Assembly (NCBI GenBank): GCA_963769935.1
Contig: CAVYNY010000019.1
Coordinates: 79,147-143,146 of the forward strand
Direction of reading: 5' to 3'
DNA: 64,000 nucleotides
Source of the DNA: an uncultured delta proteobacterium
Lineage (GTDB): Bacteria > Desulfobacterota > Desulfobacteria > Desulfobacterales > JAFDCJ01
A program made the translations under genes and the position numbers. Positions 31,306-42,216 of this stretch are shown piece after piece (the stretch's first letter is position 1; each line of letters opens with the position of its first letter). The notes under the pieces are model-generated. The model saw nothing but the letters and a program-made list of their open reading frames with translations. It was not told where the DNA came from and searched no databases.

Positions 31306-31575
31306 TTATTTGGCAGAGTTTCCTAATAAAACCCTTGGCACATGCTTCGTTCGATCCTGTATTAATTGGTCTATCTCATCAAAAAAAGGGTCATCATTTT
31401 CCAGCCATCCTTTTGCTTTACTCAGGTGCATGTTGATTTCGTCGGCCGGAATAAGGCGAGCCATCGGTTTGCCTCTTTTTGTGATCAGAATATGTTTTTT
31501 ATTAAAGGCCACCTGGCCTAATAGTTCTGAGAAATGCTTTTTGGCTTCGGCGACATTCACCGTCTTTTCGGTCAT
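31306..31575 (-). CDS. Phd/YefM family antitoxin
   Basis: VNVAEAKKHFSELL...ILITKRGKPMARLIP; ATG at 31575 after AGGAG. Confidence 0.9.
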   Translation of the reverse strand: MTEKTVNVAEAKKHFSELLGQVAFNKKHILITKRGKPMARLIPADEINMHLSKAKGWLENDDPFFDEIDQLIQDRTKHVPRVLLGNSAK

Positions 31576-31707
31576 GATCCTTCTCCTAATTTTGAATGTT
31601 ATAGTCATGTTGACCTAAAAGATAAAAAATGTCAAGGTAGACAATGATTATATTAACTTTTAGCGATAACAAATTATCAATAAATAATTTGCCCCTCTTT
31701 TGGAGTT

Positions 31708-33555
31708 TCAAACAATTCTTTTAAACGACTTCTCGAGTGTTCGCAGCTCCCAGCGCAGCCAGGTGGGGCGTCCGTGGGGACAGTGGAAGGGGTTTTGGCA
31801 TTCGTCGAGTTGAACCAGCAGGCCCCTGATCTGCTTCTCCGTCAATGCCTGGTTGGCGCGAATGGCGCCGTGACAGGCCATGACCATGCGGCATTGATCC
31901 AGCACTTCCGCCAGGCCGGGGCCGGCACCCATCTCCACGATTTTTTCGACGATTTCTAGAATTAAGGGCTTGACCTCGCGCCCTGCCAGCAGTCCGGGCA
32001 CGGCTTTAACCACAAATGTGTTGCCGCCGAAGGGTTCGATCTCCAGTCCGAGTTCGGCCAAGTCGGGTATAAGTTTTTCAAGAACGCCGGCTTCACGAAA
32101 ACCCGGTTCGATGGTTTCCGGAACCAGCAGTCTTTGAACAGCCGGTTTGGTGCCGGCGGAACGGGTGCTGAACGATTCAAAGAGAACCCGTTCATGGGCT
32201 GCATGCTGGTCGATTAAAATCAATCCCGCCTCGGCCTCACAGACAATGTAGGTATTGTGCAATTGACCGATAATCCGCATGTCGCCGAAGGTCTTTTTTT
32301 GCCAGATAGGGGCCTGGCTGGTGCGGGTCGCGGGATGCGAGTCGCGAGTCGCGAGTTGCGGGTTGCGGGGGACGGGTTGATTCCCAGGCTCCGGATACTC
32401 AATACTTGATGTTTGAGGCTGATAATCTGATATCAATTTCCATTCTAAATTCTCTTCTTCCACTTTTCTTTTTCCGCATTCCGCATTCCGAATTCCCTCC
32501 GGGGCGTAAACCCCTACGGGCTGGAGGCCGAATTCCTTTAATTTTGAGACGCCCCATGGCGGTCGATCAACTTCATAAAGGGTCTGCGCGACCGTTCGTC
32601 TCACAGTATCATGAACTTCTTTTTGCCGCGCAAAGCGGATTTCGTTTTTGGTGGGGTGTACGTTGACATCCACTTCCTCAAAGGGAACGTTGATAAAAAG
32701 CACGGCAAGTGGAAATTGTCCTTTTACCAATCGCTGGGAATAGCCTTCAAACAGTGCATGCTGGACGATCCTGTCGCGAACGAACCGGCCATTGACGTAG
32801 ATATATATACCCCGGGAGGTGCGGCGGGTTGCCCGCGGTAAAGAGATCCAGCCGGCAAGTACGATATGGTCGGTTTGTGCGTCAACTGCATACAGGTCAT
32901 TTTTCAGGTCGCCGCCGAGCACATCGACCACCCGATCAAAGGCTGAGGATGTCACCGGCCAGTCTTTTACGATTTTATCATTGTGAGTCAGCCGGAGCTG
33001 AACCCCGGGCTGACCCAGGGCGATACTGGCCACCCGCTCGGCAATGTGGCCCATCTCCGTACCGACGGTCTTTAAAAATTTGCGCCGGGCCGGAATGTTG
33101 AAAAAAAGTTGTTTGACGGTCACCATGGTGCCCTTGGGCGCGCCGACCTCGGCGACATTTTTTATTTTGCCGCCGGCCACCTGTATCTCGGTACCGGCAT
33201 CGGCGGATTCCTCCCGCGTGACCAGGCTGAACTGCGAAACCGATGCAATACTGGGCAATGCTTCTCCCCTGAAGCCGAGGGTATTGATGGAAAAAAGATC
33301 CTGGTCTTTATAAATTTTGCTGGTGGCATAGCGCTCCAGCGCCAGCAAAGCATCGTCATGGCTCATCCCGCTGCCGTCGTCGGATACCCGGATCAAGGAG
33401 CGCCCGCCCTGGACCACGTCAACCATAATCCGCCGGCTGCCGGCATCCAGGGAGTTTTCCACCAGTTCCTTGACCACCGAAGCCGGCCGCTCGACCACCT
33501 CTCCGGCCGCGATTTTGTTGGAGAGGATTTCAGGTAAAATTTTTATTTGGGACAT
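31708..33555 (-). CDS. mutL: DNA mismatch repair endonuclease MutL
   Basis: IAAGEVVERP, GFRGEAL, DVNVHPTK, DQHAAHER, ACH, CPHGRP. Confidence 0.97.
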   Translation of the reverse strand: MSQIKILPEILSNKIAAGEVVERPASVVKELVENSLDAGSRRIMVDVVQGGRSLIRVSDDGSGMSHDDALLALERYATSKIYKDQDLFSINTLGFRGEALPSIASVSQFSLVTREESADAGTEIQVAGGKIKNVAEVGAPKGTMVTVKQLFFNIPARRKFLKTVGTEMGHIAERVASIALGQPGVQLRLTHNDKIVKDWPVTSSAFDRVVDVLGGDLKNDLYAVDAQTDHIVLAGWISLPRATRRTSRGIYIYVNGRFVRDRIVQHALFEGYSQRLVKGQFPLAVLFINVPFEEVDVNVHPTKNEIRFARQKEVHDTVRRTVAQTLYEVDRPPWGVSKLKEFGLQPVGVYAPEGIRNAECGKRKVEEENLEWKLISDYQPQTSSIEYPEPGNQPVPRNPQLATRDSHPATRTSQAPIWQKKTFGDMRIIGQLHNTYIVCEAEAGLILIDQHAAHERVLFESFSTRSAGTKPAVQRLLVPETIEPGFREAGVLEKLIPDLAELGLEIEPFGGNTFVVKAVPGLLAGREVKPLILEIVEKIVEMGAGPGLAEVLDQCRMVMACHGAIRANQALTEKQIRGLLVQLDECQNPFHCPHGRPTWLRWELRTLEKSFKRIV

Positions 33556-33730
33556 GTGACGGTCTTTCGGGTTTTTAACGATAATACGTTTACAAATTAC
33601 AGCTAAGGGAAATTTGTACGAATAAAAATTTTAGTATCAAAAAAATTTTGGGCAAGTTACTCAGATTTTCTACAGCAACAGCAGTTTTCCAGCCACGATC
33701 CGACATTATAATCGTACCCTTCAAAACATG

Positions 33731-33865
33731 GTGTGGGAGCGGTTTTCAACCGCGATTAAAACCGACTATAATTCACCTTAGTTATGCCGCTAAACTCACT
33801 AATCGTATCGGCTTGGTTACCGCGTCAATGCAATTTGGTGTGTGGGAGCGGTTTCCAACCGCGAT
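33731..33865 (+). repeat. two direct copies of a GTGGGAGCGG-type REP-like palindrome
   Basis: GTGTGGGAGCGGTTTYCAACCGCGAT at 33731-33756 and 33840-33865. Confidence 0.7.
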
Positions 33866-33935
33866 GGACTTTGCGGCATTGAATCATCTCCAACGATGGC
33901 AGCGCTTCCAGTGCGGAGCTGAGTGCCGGCCCCAA

Positions 33936-34124
33936 TTATTCGGAGCCTTTATCCTTTCGCAAGAGCTTCGCCAGATATTCAGCATCCATGGGGGACAGAT
34001 TAAATTTTAAGCAAGCCTCTTCAATCAGGTTCGCTGCTTTTTTTTCGGATCCAAATTTCCGCTCTTCCGAGATCCACTTGACGGCTTTTCTCAAATCTTC
34101 ACCTTCCGGTTGTATCGTACTCAT
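33936..34124 (-). CDS. small hypothetical protein (62 aa)
   Basis: AAGGAG Shine-Dalgarno; helical sequence PEGEDLRKAVKWISEE...FNLSP; directly downstream of gatA. Confidence 0.75.
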   Translation of the reverse strand: MSTIQPEGEDLRKAVKWISEERKFGSEKKAANLIEEACLKFNLSPMDAEYLAKLLRKDKGSE

Positions 34125-34176
34125 AGCATGCTCCTTTATCCTTTAACCTTTTTCCTTTATCCTCTATCCCTTGCTA

Positions 34177-35637
34177 TCATATCCTCGGTTTCTTCTTATG
34201 AAACTCCGTCGCCTGTTCAAAGCGATACGCCACCTTTAAAAGCATCTCTTCATTGAAATGCTTTCCCATGATCTGCAGGCCGATGGGAAGGCCATTCGCG
34301 GAAAATCCACAGGGCACGGACATGCCGGGAATGCCGGCCAGATTGGCCGAAAGGGTGAAAATGTCCGACAGGTACATGGTCAGGGGGTCGTCGATCTTTT
34401 CCCCTATTTTAAAAGCTGCCGTGGGAGCCACCGGGCACACAATGACATCGCAGGCCTCAAAAGCCTTGTTGAAGTCTTCCACAATCAGGGTGCGGACCTG
34501 GGAAGCCTTGCCGTAATAGGCATCATAGTAGCCGGCCGAAAGACAATACGTGCCGATGATGATGCGCCGCTGCACTTCCGGGCCGAATCCTTTAGACCGG
34601 GTATCGCGGTACATATTCATCAGATCCGTGTGGTCATTATTTCGAAAACCGTACTTGACGCCATCGTATCGGGCCAGGTTGGAACTGGCTTCCGAAGGCG
34701 CGATTACATAATAGGCGGCCACGGCATACTCGGTGTGCGGCAGCGACACATCAACCCGTGAGGCCCCCAGATTTTCTAGCGCTTCAACGGCCTTGCCGAC
34801 GGCCGACAGCACGGATGGATCCAGCCCCTCCACGGCAGCAAATTCCTCAGGAATGCCGACTCTGATTCCTTTCAGATCGCCCTCGAGGCCGGCGCTATAG
34901 TCCGGCACGTCCTTAGGAACCGATGTGGAGTCGGATTTGTCGTATCCGGCGATAATATTCAACAAGTGCGCACAATCGGTCACATTTTTTGCCAGGGGCC
35001 CGATCTGATCCAGCGATGACGCAAAAGCCACCAGACCGAAACGGGATACCCGACCATAGGTAGGTTTCAGCCCCACCACCCCGCAATGCGAAGCCGGCTG
35101 CCGGATGGATCCGCCGGTATCCGACCCCAGCGCCCCCAGGCACATGTCCGCGGCAACTGCCGCTGCTGATCCGCCGCTGGAACCACCGGGAATCCGGCTT
35201 GGATCCCAGGGGTTGCGCGTTATTTTAAACCCTGAGTTTTCGGTTGATGATCCCATGGCAAACTCATCCATGTTGAGTTTGCCCACGATGACCGCCCCGG
35301 CGTCTTTCAATTTGCGAATAACGGTGGCATCATAGGGCGGCACAAAATTTTCTAGAATTTTGGACCCGCAGGTAGTCGTCATGCCCCGGGTGCACATCAG
35401 ATCTTTAATCCCCAGCGGAATCCCTGCCAGCGGTGAACAATTCCCGGCGGCCAGCGCCCGGTCCGCCTGATCGGCCTGCTGCAGGGCAAGCTCTTCTGAA
35501 ACCGTCAGGAAGGCGTCTATTTTGTCGTCGACCGCACCGATTCTATCCAAAACCGCCCGGGTCAGCTCCCGCGCCGATATCTCCCTGTTTTGTAAGAGCC
35601 GATGAGCTTCGTGGATTGTCAATTCGTAAAGTTTCAC
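34177..35637 (-). CDS. gatA: Asp-tRNA(Asn)/Glu-tRNA(Gln) amidotransferase subunit A
   Basis: Amidase signature [33 protein letters not shown]. Confidence 0.98.
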   Translation of the reverse strand: MKLYELTIHEAHRLLQNREISARELTRAVLDRIGAVDDKIDAFLTVSEELALQQADQADRALAAGNCSPLAGIPLGIKDLMCTRGMTTTCGSKILENFVPPYDATVIRKLKDAGAVIVGKLNMDEFAMGSSTENSGFKITRNPWDPSRIPGGSSGGSAAAVAADMCLGALGSDTGGSIRQPASHCGVVGLKPTYGRVSRFGLVAFASSLDQIGPLAKNVTDCAHLLNIIAGYDKSDSTSVPKDVPDYSAGLEGDLKGIRVGIPEEFAAVEGLDPSVLSAVGKAVEALENLGASRVDVSLPHTEYAVAAYYVIAPSEASSNLARYDGVKYGFRNNDHTDLMNMYRDTRSKGFGPEVQRRIIIGTYCLSAGYYDAYYGKASQVRTLIVEDFNKAFEACDVIVCPVAPTAAFKIGEKIDDPLTMYLSDIFTLSANLAGIPGMSVPCGFSANGLPIGLQIMGKHFNEEMLLKVAYRFEQATEFHKKKPRI

Positions 35638-35689
35638 AAATCTTTCTCCTAACCAAACTGAGACTATTTAAAAATACCAAACCGTTATA

Positions 35690-35850
35690 AAATCCCAAAT
35701 CCCAAGCACCAAATTACAAATAAATCTCTTATTCCAATTTTCAATGACCAAAACATGGATAAGAAACCTTATTGTGTTCTTTTGTCAAAATTATATCCAG
35801 GTTTGGAATTTTGAATTTCGGTCATTGGAGTTTATTTGTTATTTGCAATT
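35690..35850. repeat. two-armed heptamer element between gatC and gatA
   Basis: AAATCCCAAGCACCAAATT...CAATGACCAAAAC and GTTTGGAATTTTGAATTT arms. Confidence 0.7.
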
Positions 35851-35958
35851 TCACTCCCAACTATCTTCTGCCGAATTCTCCCTGCGCCTTAACTTTTCCC
35901 CCGACTCACGCATTTCGCTTCCGAATCAGCTCTGCTCTATGCGCCATGCCCTATGCCT

Positions 35959-36246
35959 TTACCCCACCACTTTCGGCACGATAAAATTGCCGTCTTCCTT
36001 TTGCGGCGCATTGGCCAGTGCCTTTTCACGGTCCAGGTGCTGACTTGGCTCGTCTTCGCGGAAGGCATTGGTTAAAGAAATAGCGTGCGATGTGGGCTTG
36101 ACCCCGGCGGTATTCACCTCATTGAGTTTGTCGACATATTCCAATATTTCCCCGATCTGTCCGGCAAACTTCTCGATGGCGGCCGCATCCAGTTTCAGCC
36201 GCGCCAGATCGGCCACATATAACACTTGGTCTTTGGTTATTTTCAT
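35959..36246 (-). CDS. gatC: amidotransferase subunit C
   Basis: VADLARL, ILEYVDKLNEV, PTSH, FRED, NAP, FIVPKV. Confidence 0.96.
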   Translation of the reverse strand: MKITKDQVLYVADLARLKLDAAAIEKFAGQIGEILEYVDKLNEVNTAGVKPTSHAISLTNAFREDEPSQHLDREKALANAPQKEDGNFIVPKVVG

Positions 36247-36321
36247 AAATAATTTCCATTTGGTTGCTGTGGATTAACTTTTTAGTGATTATGCGTATCC
36301 AAATTTAGAGGCTCTAAACAT

Positions 36322-36560
36322 ATGGTATTGGGTATAGGGTATAAGAGGAAAGGACTGCCCGATATTTTTTTTCTTAAAATTAGATCCATTACCTTTACCC
36401 TAAACCTTATACCTTAATACCTTATCTCCTATACCTTAAACCTTATACCTTTCGCCGTGTGCCTTGCGCCGTGAGCCCTGCGCCTTATGTATTTCACCTT
36501 TAACCTTTTGCCTTTGACCTATACCTTCTACCTGGCTGCGCCGTGAGCCCTGCGCCGTGT
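36322..36560. repeat. heptamer tract (CCTTATA / CCTTTAA / CGCCGTG) with inverted GGTATAG arm
   Basis: GGTATTGGGTATAGGGTATAAG facing CCTTATACCTTAATACC; CGCCGTGAGCCCTGCGCC occurs twice. Confidence 0.65.
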
Positions 36561-36576
36561 GTCTTTCACCGTTGGC

Positions 36577-37329
36577 CTACTTATTAACCAGCATCGGCTG
36601 CCGGCCCGCCTTTTTCAGCCTGGACAACGTATCGTCGGCTTCGGCCTTGCTGCTGTACTCCCCGACTCTGACCCGGTACCAGATACCTTGGCCCGGCACC
36701 TTGCCGATTGCCCGGTAGGCGGAAAATCCTTCTTTTTTGAGTTCGGCCACCAGTTTATCTGCATCCCCGGCCGCTTTAAAGGCCGCGACCTGAATTGCGT
36801 AAGGCTTATCGGCCGGTTTCGCATCGCCTTTCGAATCAACCTTTGACGGTTCCGCCGGTTTGGCCGGTTCGCTGTCTGGCGATTCGATTTCAGTTTTATC
36901 CTTATTTGGCGAGACGGTTTTCTTTTTCAGGCTTTCCTTTTTTGGTTTGGACGGCTTATCTTCAAGCGGCGAATCCACTTTTTTATTAATGACCGGTGCC
37001 GGCTTCATTTCAGAAATTTTAGCGTCGCCGCGATCATCCTTCAAAGCCTCGTAAAAATCCAGTTTGGTTTTATCTTTGATGGACTCAGGTTCCTCCTGGG
37101 AACGTCCCTGCTCCTTTTGCTTATTATCTTCCCTGGCAAGTTCCAATTTCCTCTGAAGCTCGCTGATATCAAATTTGATTGGAGCCGTGCCCCTGCCGAC
37201 CAGGACGCCGATGGCAAACATCCAGGCGCAAACAAAAAAAAAGACCACTAACCAGCCGGCAATGGCCCTGCGGCTTAACACCAAAAACGGCTTTTTGGCC
37301 AAAGATACTTTTTTGTTTTTTTTTATCAT
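36577..37329 (-). CDS. SPOR domain-containing membrane protein (FtsN/DedD-like)
   Basis: Single TM, LDFYEAL, Lys/Pro linker, YAIQVAAFK...WYRVRVG. Confidence 0.9.
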   Translation of the reverse strand: MIKKNKKVSLAKKPFLVLSRRAIAGWLVVFFFVCAWMFAIGVLVGRGTAPIKFDISELQRKLELAREDNKQKEQGRSQEEPESIKDKTKLDFYEALKDDRGDAKISEMKPAPVINKKVDSPLEDKPSKPKKESLKKKTVSPNKDKTEIESPDSEPAKPAEPSKVDSKGDAKPADKPYAIQVAAFKAAGDADKLVAELKKEGFSAYRAIGKVPGQGIWYRVRVGEYSSKAEADDTLSRLKKAGRQPMLVNK

Positions 37330-37347
37330 ACCCCGGATATCGTTCGT

Positions 37348-37380
37348 TAATTAATCCGCCCTGAAAAATAGCCGATTCAA
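37348..37380. repeat. partial copy (left end only) of the 97-bp element
   Basis: TAATTAATCCGCCCTGAAAAATAG; no right terminus found. Confidence 0.55.
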
Positions 37381-37785
37381 ATTTGGATATTCTTATAAAA
37401 GGACGAGATCCATACATTACTAAGACCTAAACGCTTCCGCACGATCCTCAAAACCCTTGAACTCTGAATCATGAACCCGTATTTTTTTTAACCTTATTGC
37501 ACAAAAACCTTTCATTGCCAAGTCCGGAAACTTAACCCGGCGATGCGACCTTCTAATTTCCGTCTGATTTTTTTGTTTAATAAAAAATAGTTGTGTGATA
37601 TTTTCTGTGGACTTAAAAAAACAGCTACCGGAGAAAATCAAAGGTATCAACCAGCCGGCTGCAGCCAGCTGAGAATGCAAATGTCCCAGACAAGGGATTG
37701 GCTCTAAATGTGAAATTTAAACCTTCAAATAATTCTTGTCGAGAAGCAATTCGTATCCATCGCGACCAACTTTTTTTATAGATAA

Positions 37786-39387
37786 ATGTCTAAACAAAAA
37801 ACCATCAATCCAGGACAGAAAAAACAAAACAAAATTCAGCAAACGGTTCCCGAAACCAAAAACTTTGCAACTGCCGCGGTTTTTAAAAGAGATAAAAAAT
37901 TTGATTATATTCTAATCGGCTTAATCTTAGCCTATTTTCTTTTTTATTTTTTCAAACTTTATTCATCTCTGGGAAACACATTTTTTTGGGCCGATGAAAA
38001 TGTCCATGCCTATATCAGCTCGATTATCCTGAAAACCAGAAGCCTGCCCGCCGTGCTGCCTGAGGATATATATGGCGGCTTTGAGTATTCATATCCGCCT
38101 CTTTTTCACATTTTCGGCGCCATTGTGATGTCGATCGCCGGATTCTCGGCCCTTAAATTTACCAATCTTATCCTTTTAATCTTTTTTTTAGCTGGATTTT
38201 ATTTCCTGATACGCGCTTATTGCGGAAACAGTGCAGCCTTACTTGCAAGTTTATTGATTAGTTTATCACCGACCATAGCAATGAATGCGATCCGCTTTAT
38301 GACCGAAATGCTCTCAATGGCGCTGGTATTTTTTTCGTTCATTTTTTTGGCAACGGCCATAAAAAAATCAAACCATTGCTACGCCATAATGTCCGGCTTA
38401 TCAACCGGCTTGTTGTTACTGAGCAAGCAGCTCGGAATAGTTGTATTAGGCTTCTATTTTTTGCTGCTTATCTGGTTCTTTTTTAACCACAAGCCGGATG
38501 TGCGTCTGATACTTTACGTTATCGGGGCATCGGCTTGTATTTTTATTCCCTACCTTATTTGGGCAGTTTATAACGGAATCGGAATTTTTGGTTTTTTATC
38601 CGTATTTTCCGGAACTAAAGCAGAGTGGGCTGCTTCGGCGGTGAAATCATTCCGGAGATATGATTCTTCGCTCAAGGAATTTTCTTATCTTTTTTATCTG
38701 GGAAACGGGTTTGTAATATGTATTTCTTTATTAGTGCCGCTTTATCATTTCGTAAGGACCCGCGCCAAAGACCGTCCGCAAAATTATGGTTTTATTTTGC
38801 TCGTCTATCTCGCAGCGGCAATGATAATATGGCATATCACCAACCAAAGACATACGATAACCCTTATACCCTTGCTCGCTTTTTTGTTCGGGTATGCTCT
38901 CCAGCAAATAATCACGAATAAAACGGTAATGAGAGTTTTAATTTTATTTTTAGCAATTATCGCTGGATATTCAACATTTCAAATGCCCAATTATCGCCGG
39001 AGCTATAATGCTCCGGAAGAGTTCCTTGAATTAACCAAGATTATAAAAAACGATGATGTCTCAAAGGGGAAAACCCTTGCTGTTTACGCTTTCGATACTG
39101 TTATATATACGGGCAAACCGGCAATCTGGCCATATCCTAATTTGCGCACGATCCCTATTAATTTATTTGAGAATCAAACCCCGTCAAGTTTATTCGATTT
39201 GCTGAAATATTATAAAATAGATTACATCCTGATTGATTTTCAAATGGTTACAAATTTAGATACGTTTATGGGACGAAACTATCCCATTTCATTTGTTCGG
39301 AACTGTGAAACACTGACGCGGAAAGGAAAACTATCCTTCCAGGCGCTGTCAAAATCAAAGCAGTTCCTTCTGCTCAAGGTTAGCTAA
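37786..39387 (+). CDS. ArnT/PMT_2-like GT-C glycosyltransferase
   Basis: WADE, YPPLFH, LSP, TEML, LSKQ motifs; multi-TM; AT-rich. Confidence 0.8.
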   Translation: MSKQKTINPGQKKQNKIQQTVPETKNFATAAVFKRDKKFDYILIGLILAYFLFYFFKLYSSLGNTFFWADENVHAYISSIILKTRSLPAVLPEDIYGGFEYSYPPLFHIFGAIVMSIAGFSALKFTNLILLIFFLAGFYFLIRAYCGNSAALLASLLISLSPTIAMNAIRFMTEMLSMALVFFSFIFLATAIKKSNHCYAIMSGLSTGLLLLSKQLGIVVLGFYFLLLIWFFFNHKPDVRLILYVIGASACIFIPYLIWAVYNGIGIFGFLSVFSGTKAEWAASAVKSFRRYDSSLKEFSYLFYLGNGFVICISLLVPLYHFVRTRAKDRPQNYGFILLVYLAAAMIIWHITNQRHTITLIPLLAFLFGYALQQIITNKTVMRVLILFLAIIAGYSTFQMPNYRRSYNAPEEFLELTKIIKNDDVSKGKTLAVYAFDTVIYTGKPAIWPYPNLRTIPINLFENQTPSSLFDLLKYYKIDYILIDFQMVTNLDTFMGRNYPISFVRNCETLTRKGKLSFQALSKSKQFLLLKVS

Positions 39388-39414
39388 CATAAGCAGCTTA
39401 CAAGAGAGAATCGT

Positions 39415-40449
39415 ATGTCAAGTCTTCGAATCGTCGGACTAATCATCGGAATTGCGGGTCTTATCGCAACCTTTCTGTTTTACCGTGGCCCCAAGTGGAA
39501 TCGGTTCAATTTTGCTTTTTTCTCTTTATTCAACCTTTCACTTATCGCTGTAACGATTAATCCCAATGTCGTCAACTTTCTGCGCGACCTGTTGTCACTG
39601 CAGGAATATCAATACGGCCGGATTCTGGCATTACTGATCATTTCGAACCTGATCCTCGTTTTTTTCTGCTTTTACAGCCTTTCAAAAGTCGAAAGCTTCA
39701 GGCTGCAATTCGATAAACTGGTCCGCAAAATCGGCTCGGGTTATTTAGACGCTGCCTCCGAAAGTATTAAAGCCGTTATGGTATTAATACCTGCATATAA
39801 TGAGTCGGAAAATTTGAAATATTTACTGCCCATAATGCCCGGACCGTATCAACAATAAAGAAGTCGGCGTTCTGGTGGTGGATGACGGCAGTGATGACGA
39901 TACCAAGGAAATTGTTAAAAGCCACGGCCATACGTTGTCTCCAATGTTATCAACCGCGGCGGAGGAGCAGCTCTGCGTCTCGGATATGACATATTGCGGA
40001 ATTCAGAGGCCGATATCTGTATAACCATGGACGCAGATGGGCAGCATCGACCAGAAGAAATTGAAAAACTGGTCTTGCCTATCATAAAAGATGAGTACGA
40101 TATCGTTATCGGCTCGCGAGTCCTGGGAACCAGAGAAAAGGACAGCCCCATCAGGGCAGCGGGTGTTCGTGTCTTTGGAGTGATTATCAGTTCACTGCTG
40201 GGCCAGCGGATATCAGATCCCTCGAGTGGTTTCAGAGCATTTAAAATGGACAAAATAAAGAACATCGATTTGCGTGAGGATCAATACCATACCAGTGAAC
40301 TGGTCATTGAAGCGGTTAAAAAGGGGTTGCGGGTAAAAGAGGTGCCCATCACCATATTGAAAAGAAAATACGGTAAGAGCAAAAAAGGCAAAAATTTGAA
40401 ATACGGCTTTTATTTCGCAAAAACGATTATTAAGGCCTGGTGGAGGTAG
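39415..40449 (+). CDS. DUF2304-like membrane domain fused to DPM1-like GT2 (polyprenol-phosphate sugar synthase), frameshifted near 39845 and 39930
   Basis: 3 TMs then LIPAYNESENL / VVDDGSDD / NRGGGAALR, MDADGQH, IGSR, DPSSGFRA, EVPI. Confidence 0.75.
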
Positions 40450-40522
40450 CCGAATCTCAGCAGAATTATTCCAAGACTTACAAAACCCGAGGTTGCTCTA
40501 CTGAATACTTCTACATAAAAAT

Positions 40523-41549
40523 ATGAATCCATCAGCTTCATCCAAATCTTGAGACAAATGACTCCCCACCGGTCAGCGTAATTATCCTGACCTACAATGG
40601 AAGTAAATTCATAAAAACGCTTTTAGATTCGATATCGAACCAGTCATACCCGCAGGACCGGATGGAAATACTGGTTGTGGATAATGCTTCCAGTGATGAA
40701 ACCCTCAGCATTATCCGGCAGACCCATCCATCGGTAAAAATTGTTGCCCTTGAGGAAAATATTGGCTATGCCGCTGGCAATAATCACGCGCTATTGCATG
40801 CCAGCCATGATCTGATGGTATTTTTAAACCAAGATACCATTTGTCATCCCCGTTTCTTGCAATCTATGGTCGGTATGATGGAGAGAGATAAGACGCTGGC
40901 CGCCTGCAACCCGAATATTATTACGCCGGAAGCCCCTGGTTTTGGTGAGTTGAGTGCCGACTTTACACCTGAATACTTATATTTATGGGATCTGGCGCCC
41001 TGTGGATATGGACAGAATCGGATTATTAACGGAAAAAATGTGATTTGCACCAAACTGCTGTCCGGCTGCGCGTTTATTATCCGGCGGGAAACAGTTGCAA
41101 AGCTGGGATACCTCTTTGACGATCAACTCTGGATGTATGCTGAAGACACCGACCTATCCTTACGGCTGCACAATCTGGGTCAAAAGATTAGTGTCATCCG
41201 CAACGCGGTTGTATATCATTGGCACCACAGCAATTTGACTTTGGGTAAGAACCGGCTGCTTACGGCCGCCGGCGCCATCAAAAATCGGGTATATGTCTAT
41301 TATAAAAACATGACGGGATTGGAATTTTTCCTATTTTTCCCGTTTTTATTTTTGGGAGGGATATTCAAAATCCTTGAATTTCCCCTCGGCAGCCACCCGC
41401 AAAGCCATATATTTTCTTCCGTTTGGCTTATTTTCTCTGGCTTGCATGATGGCGGCATTTACTAAACTGCCCCGGTTTACGGCCCAAAAACGACTTACCT
41501 GGGGAAACGACGTATTCCAAATTTTTCTCTGTTAAAACTTATACTCTAG
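40523..41549 (+). CDS. glycosyltransferase family 2 (frameshifts at both ends)
   Basis: VSVIILTYNG, VVDNASSD, NIGYAAGNN, FLNQDT, YAEDTDLSLR; core ORF 40662..41465; ends approximate. Confidence 0.8.
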
Positions 41550-41592
41550 ATGAAATATAGGATATTGAAGGCCTTTTGCTGAGGATCAATTT

Positions 41593-42216
41593 ATGAATGT
41601 AGATTTATCGTACCGGCTGCAAATTTTGTCGGAACGCGTCAAATATAGATGGCGATCTCTGAGGTTTTATACCAGAGACATCCTCATTGGTGATAACTAC
41701 CGGATCGGCGAATATACCTATGGACGACCCAAAGTAATTGCTTTCACGAAAAACACTCGGCTTATCATCGGCAAATTTTGTTCAGTAGCGGCCAATGTAA
41801 AAATAATTCTCGGTGCCGACCATAGATTGGACTGGGTGTCCACCTATCCGTTTCCCGCTCTAGGTAAAATATGGCCCGAGGCGGAGGGCGTAGAGGGACA
41901 TCCTGCCTCAAAGGGCGATGTCGTCATTGGCAACGATGTCTGGATTGCAGAAGGTGCCGTAATCCTTTCCGGGGTAAAAATCGGGGACGGGGCTGTGATC
42001 GGCAGCCAAGCAGTTGTATCAAAGGATGTCGCTCCTTATGCCGTAGTTTCCGGTAATCCGGCCAGGCTTGTTAAAATGCGATTCGATGAGGATACAGTAA
42101 AAATGCTGTTGCAAATTCAATGGTGGAACTGGCCCGTCGAAAAAATAAGACAACATCTGCATTTGATATGCAGTCAGAACCTTGATGAATTCCTGCGCCT
42201 GGCTGAAAAATTATGA
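41593..42216 (+). CDS. CatB/Vat-related hexapeptide O-acetyltransferase
   Basis: IGKFCSVA, STYPF, KGDVVIGNDVWI, GNPAR, WWNWP. Confidence 0.9.
   Translation: MNVDLSYRLQILSERVKYRWRSLRFYTRDILIGDNYRIGEYTYGRPKVIAFTKNTRLIIGKFCSVAANVKIILGADHRLDWVSTYPFPALGKIWPEAEGVEGHPASKGDVVIGNDVWIAEGAVILSGVKIGDGAVIGSQAVVSKDVAPYAVVSGNPARLVKMRFDEDTVKMLLQIQWWNWPVEKIRQHLHLICSQNLDEFLRLAEKL

Noticed and set aside
33731..33865. Possible CRISPR array
   Set aside because: Only two good repeats, an 83-nt spacer, a REP-like unit and no cas genes.
41593..42216. CatB/Vat-like gene as an antibiotic-resistance determinant
   Set aside because: It is translationally coupled within a glycan-modification operon with no mobile context, so a sugar O-acetyltransferase is more plausible.
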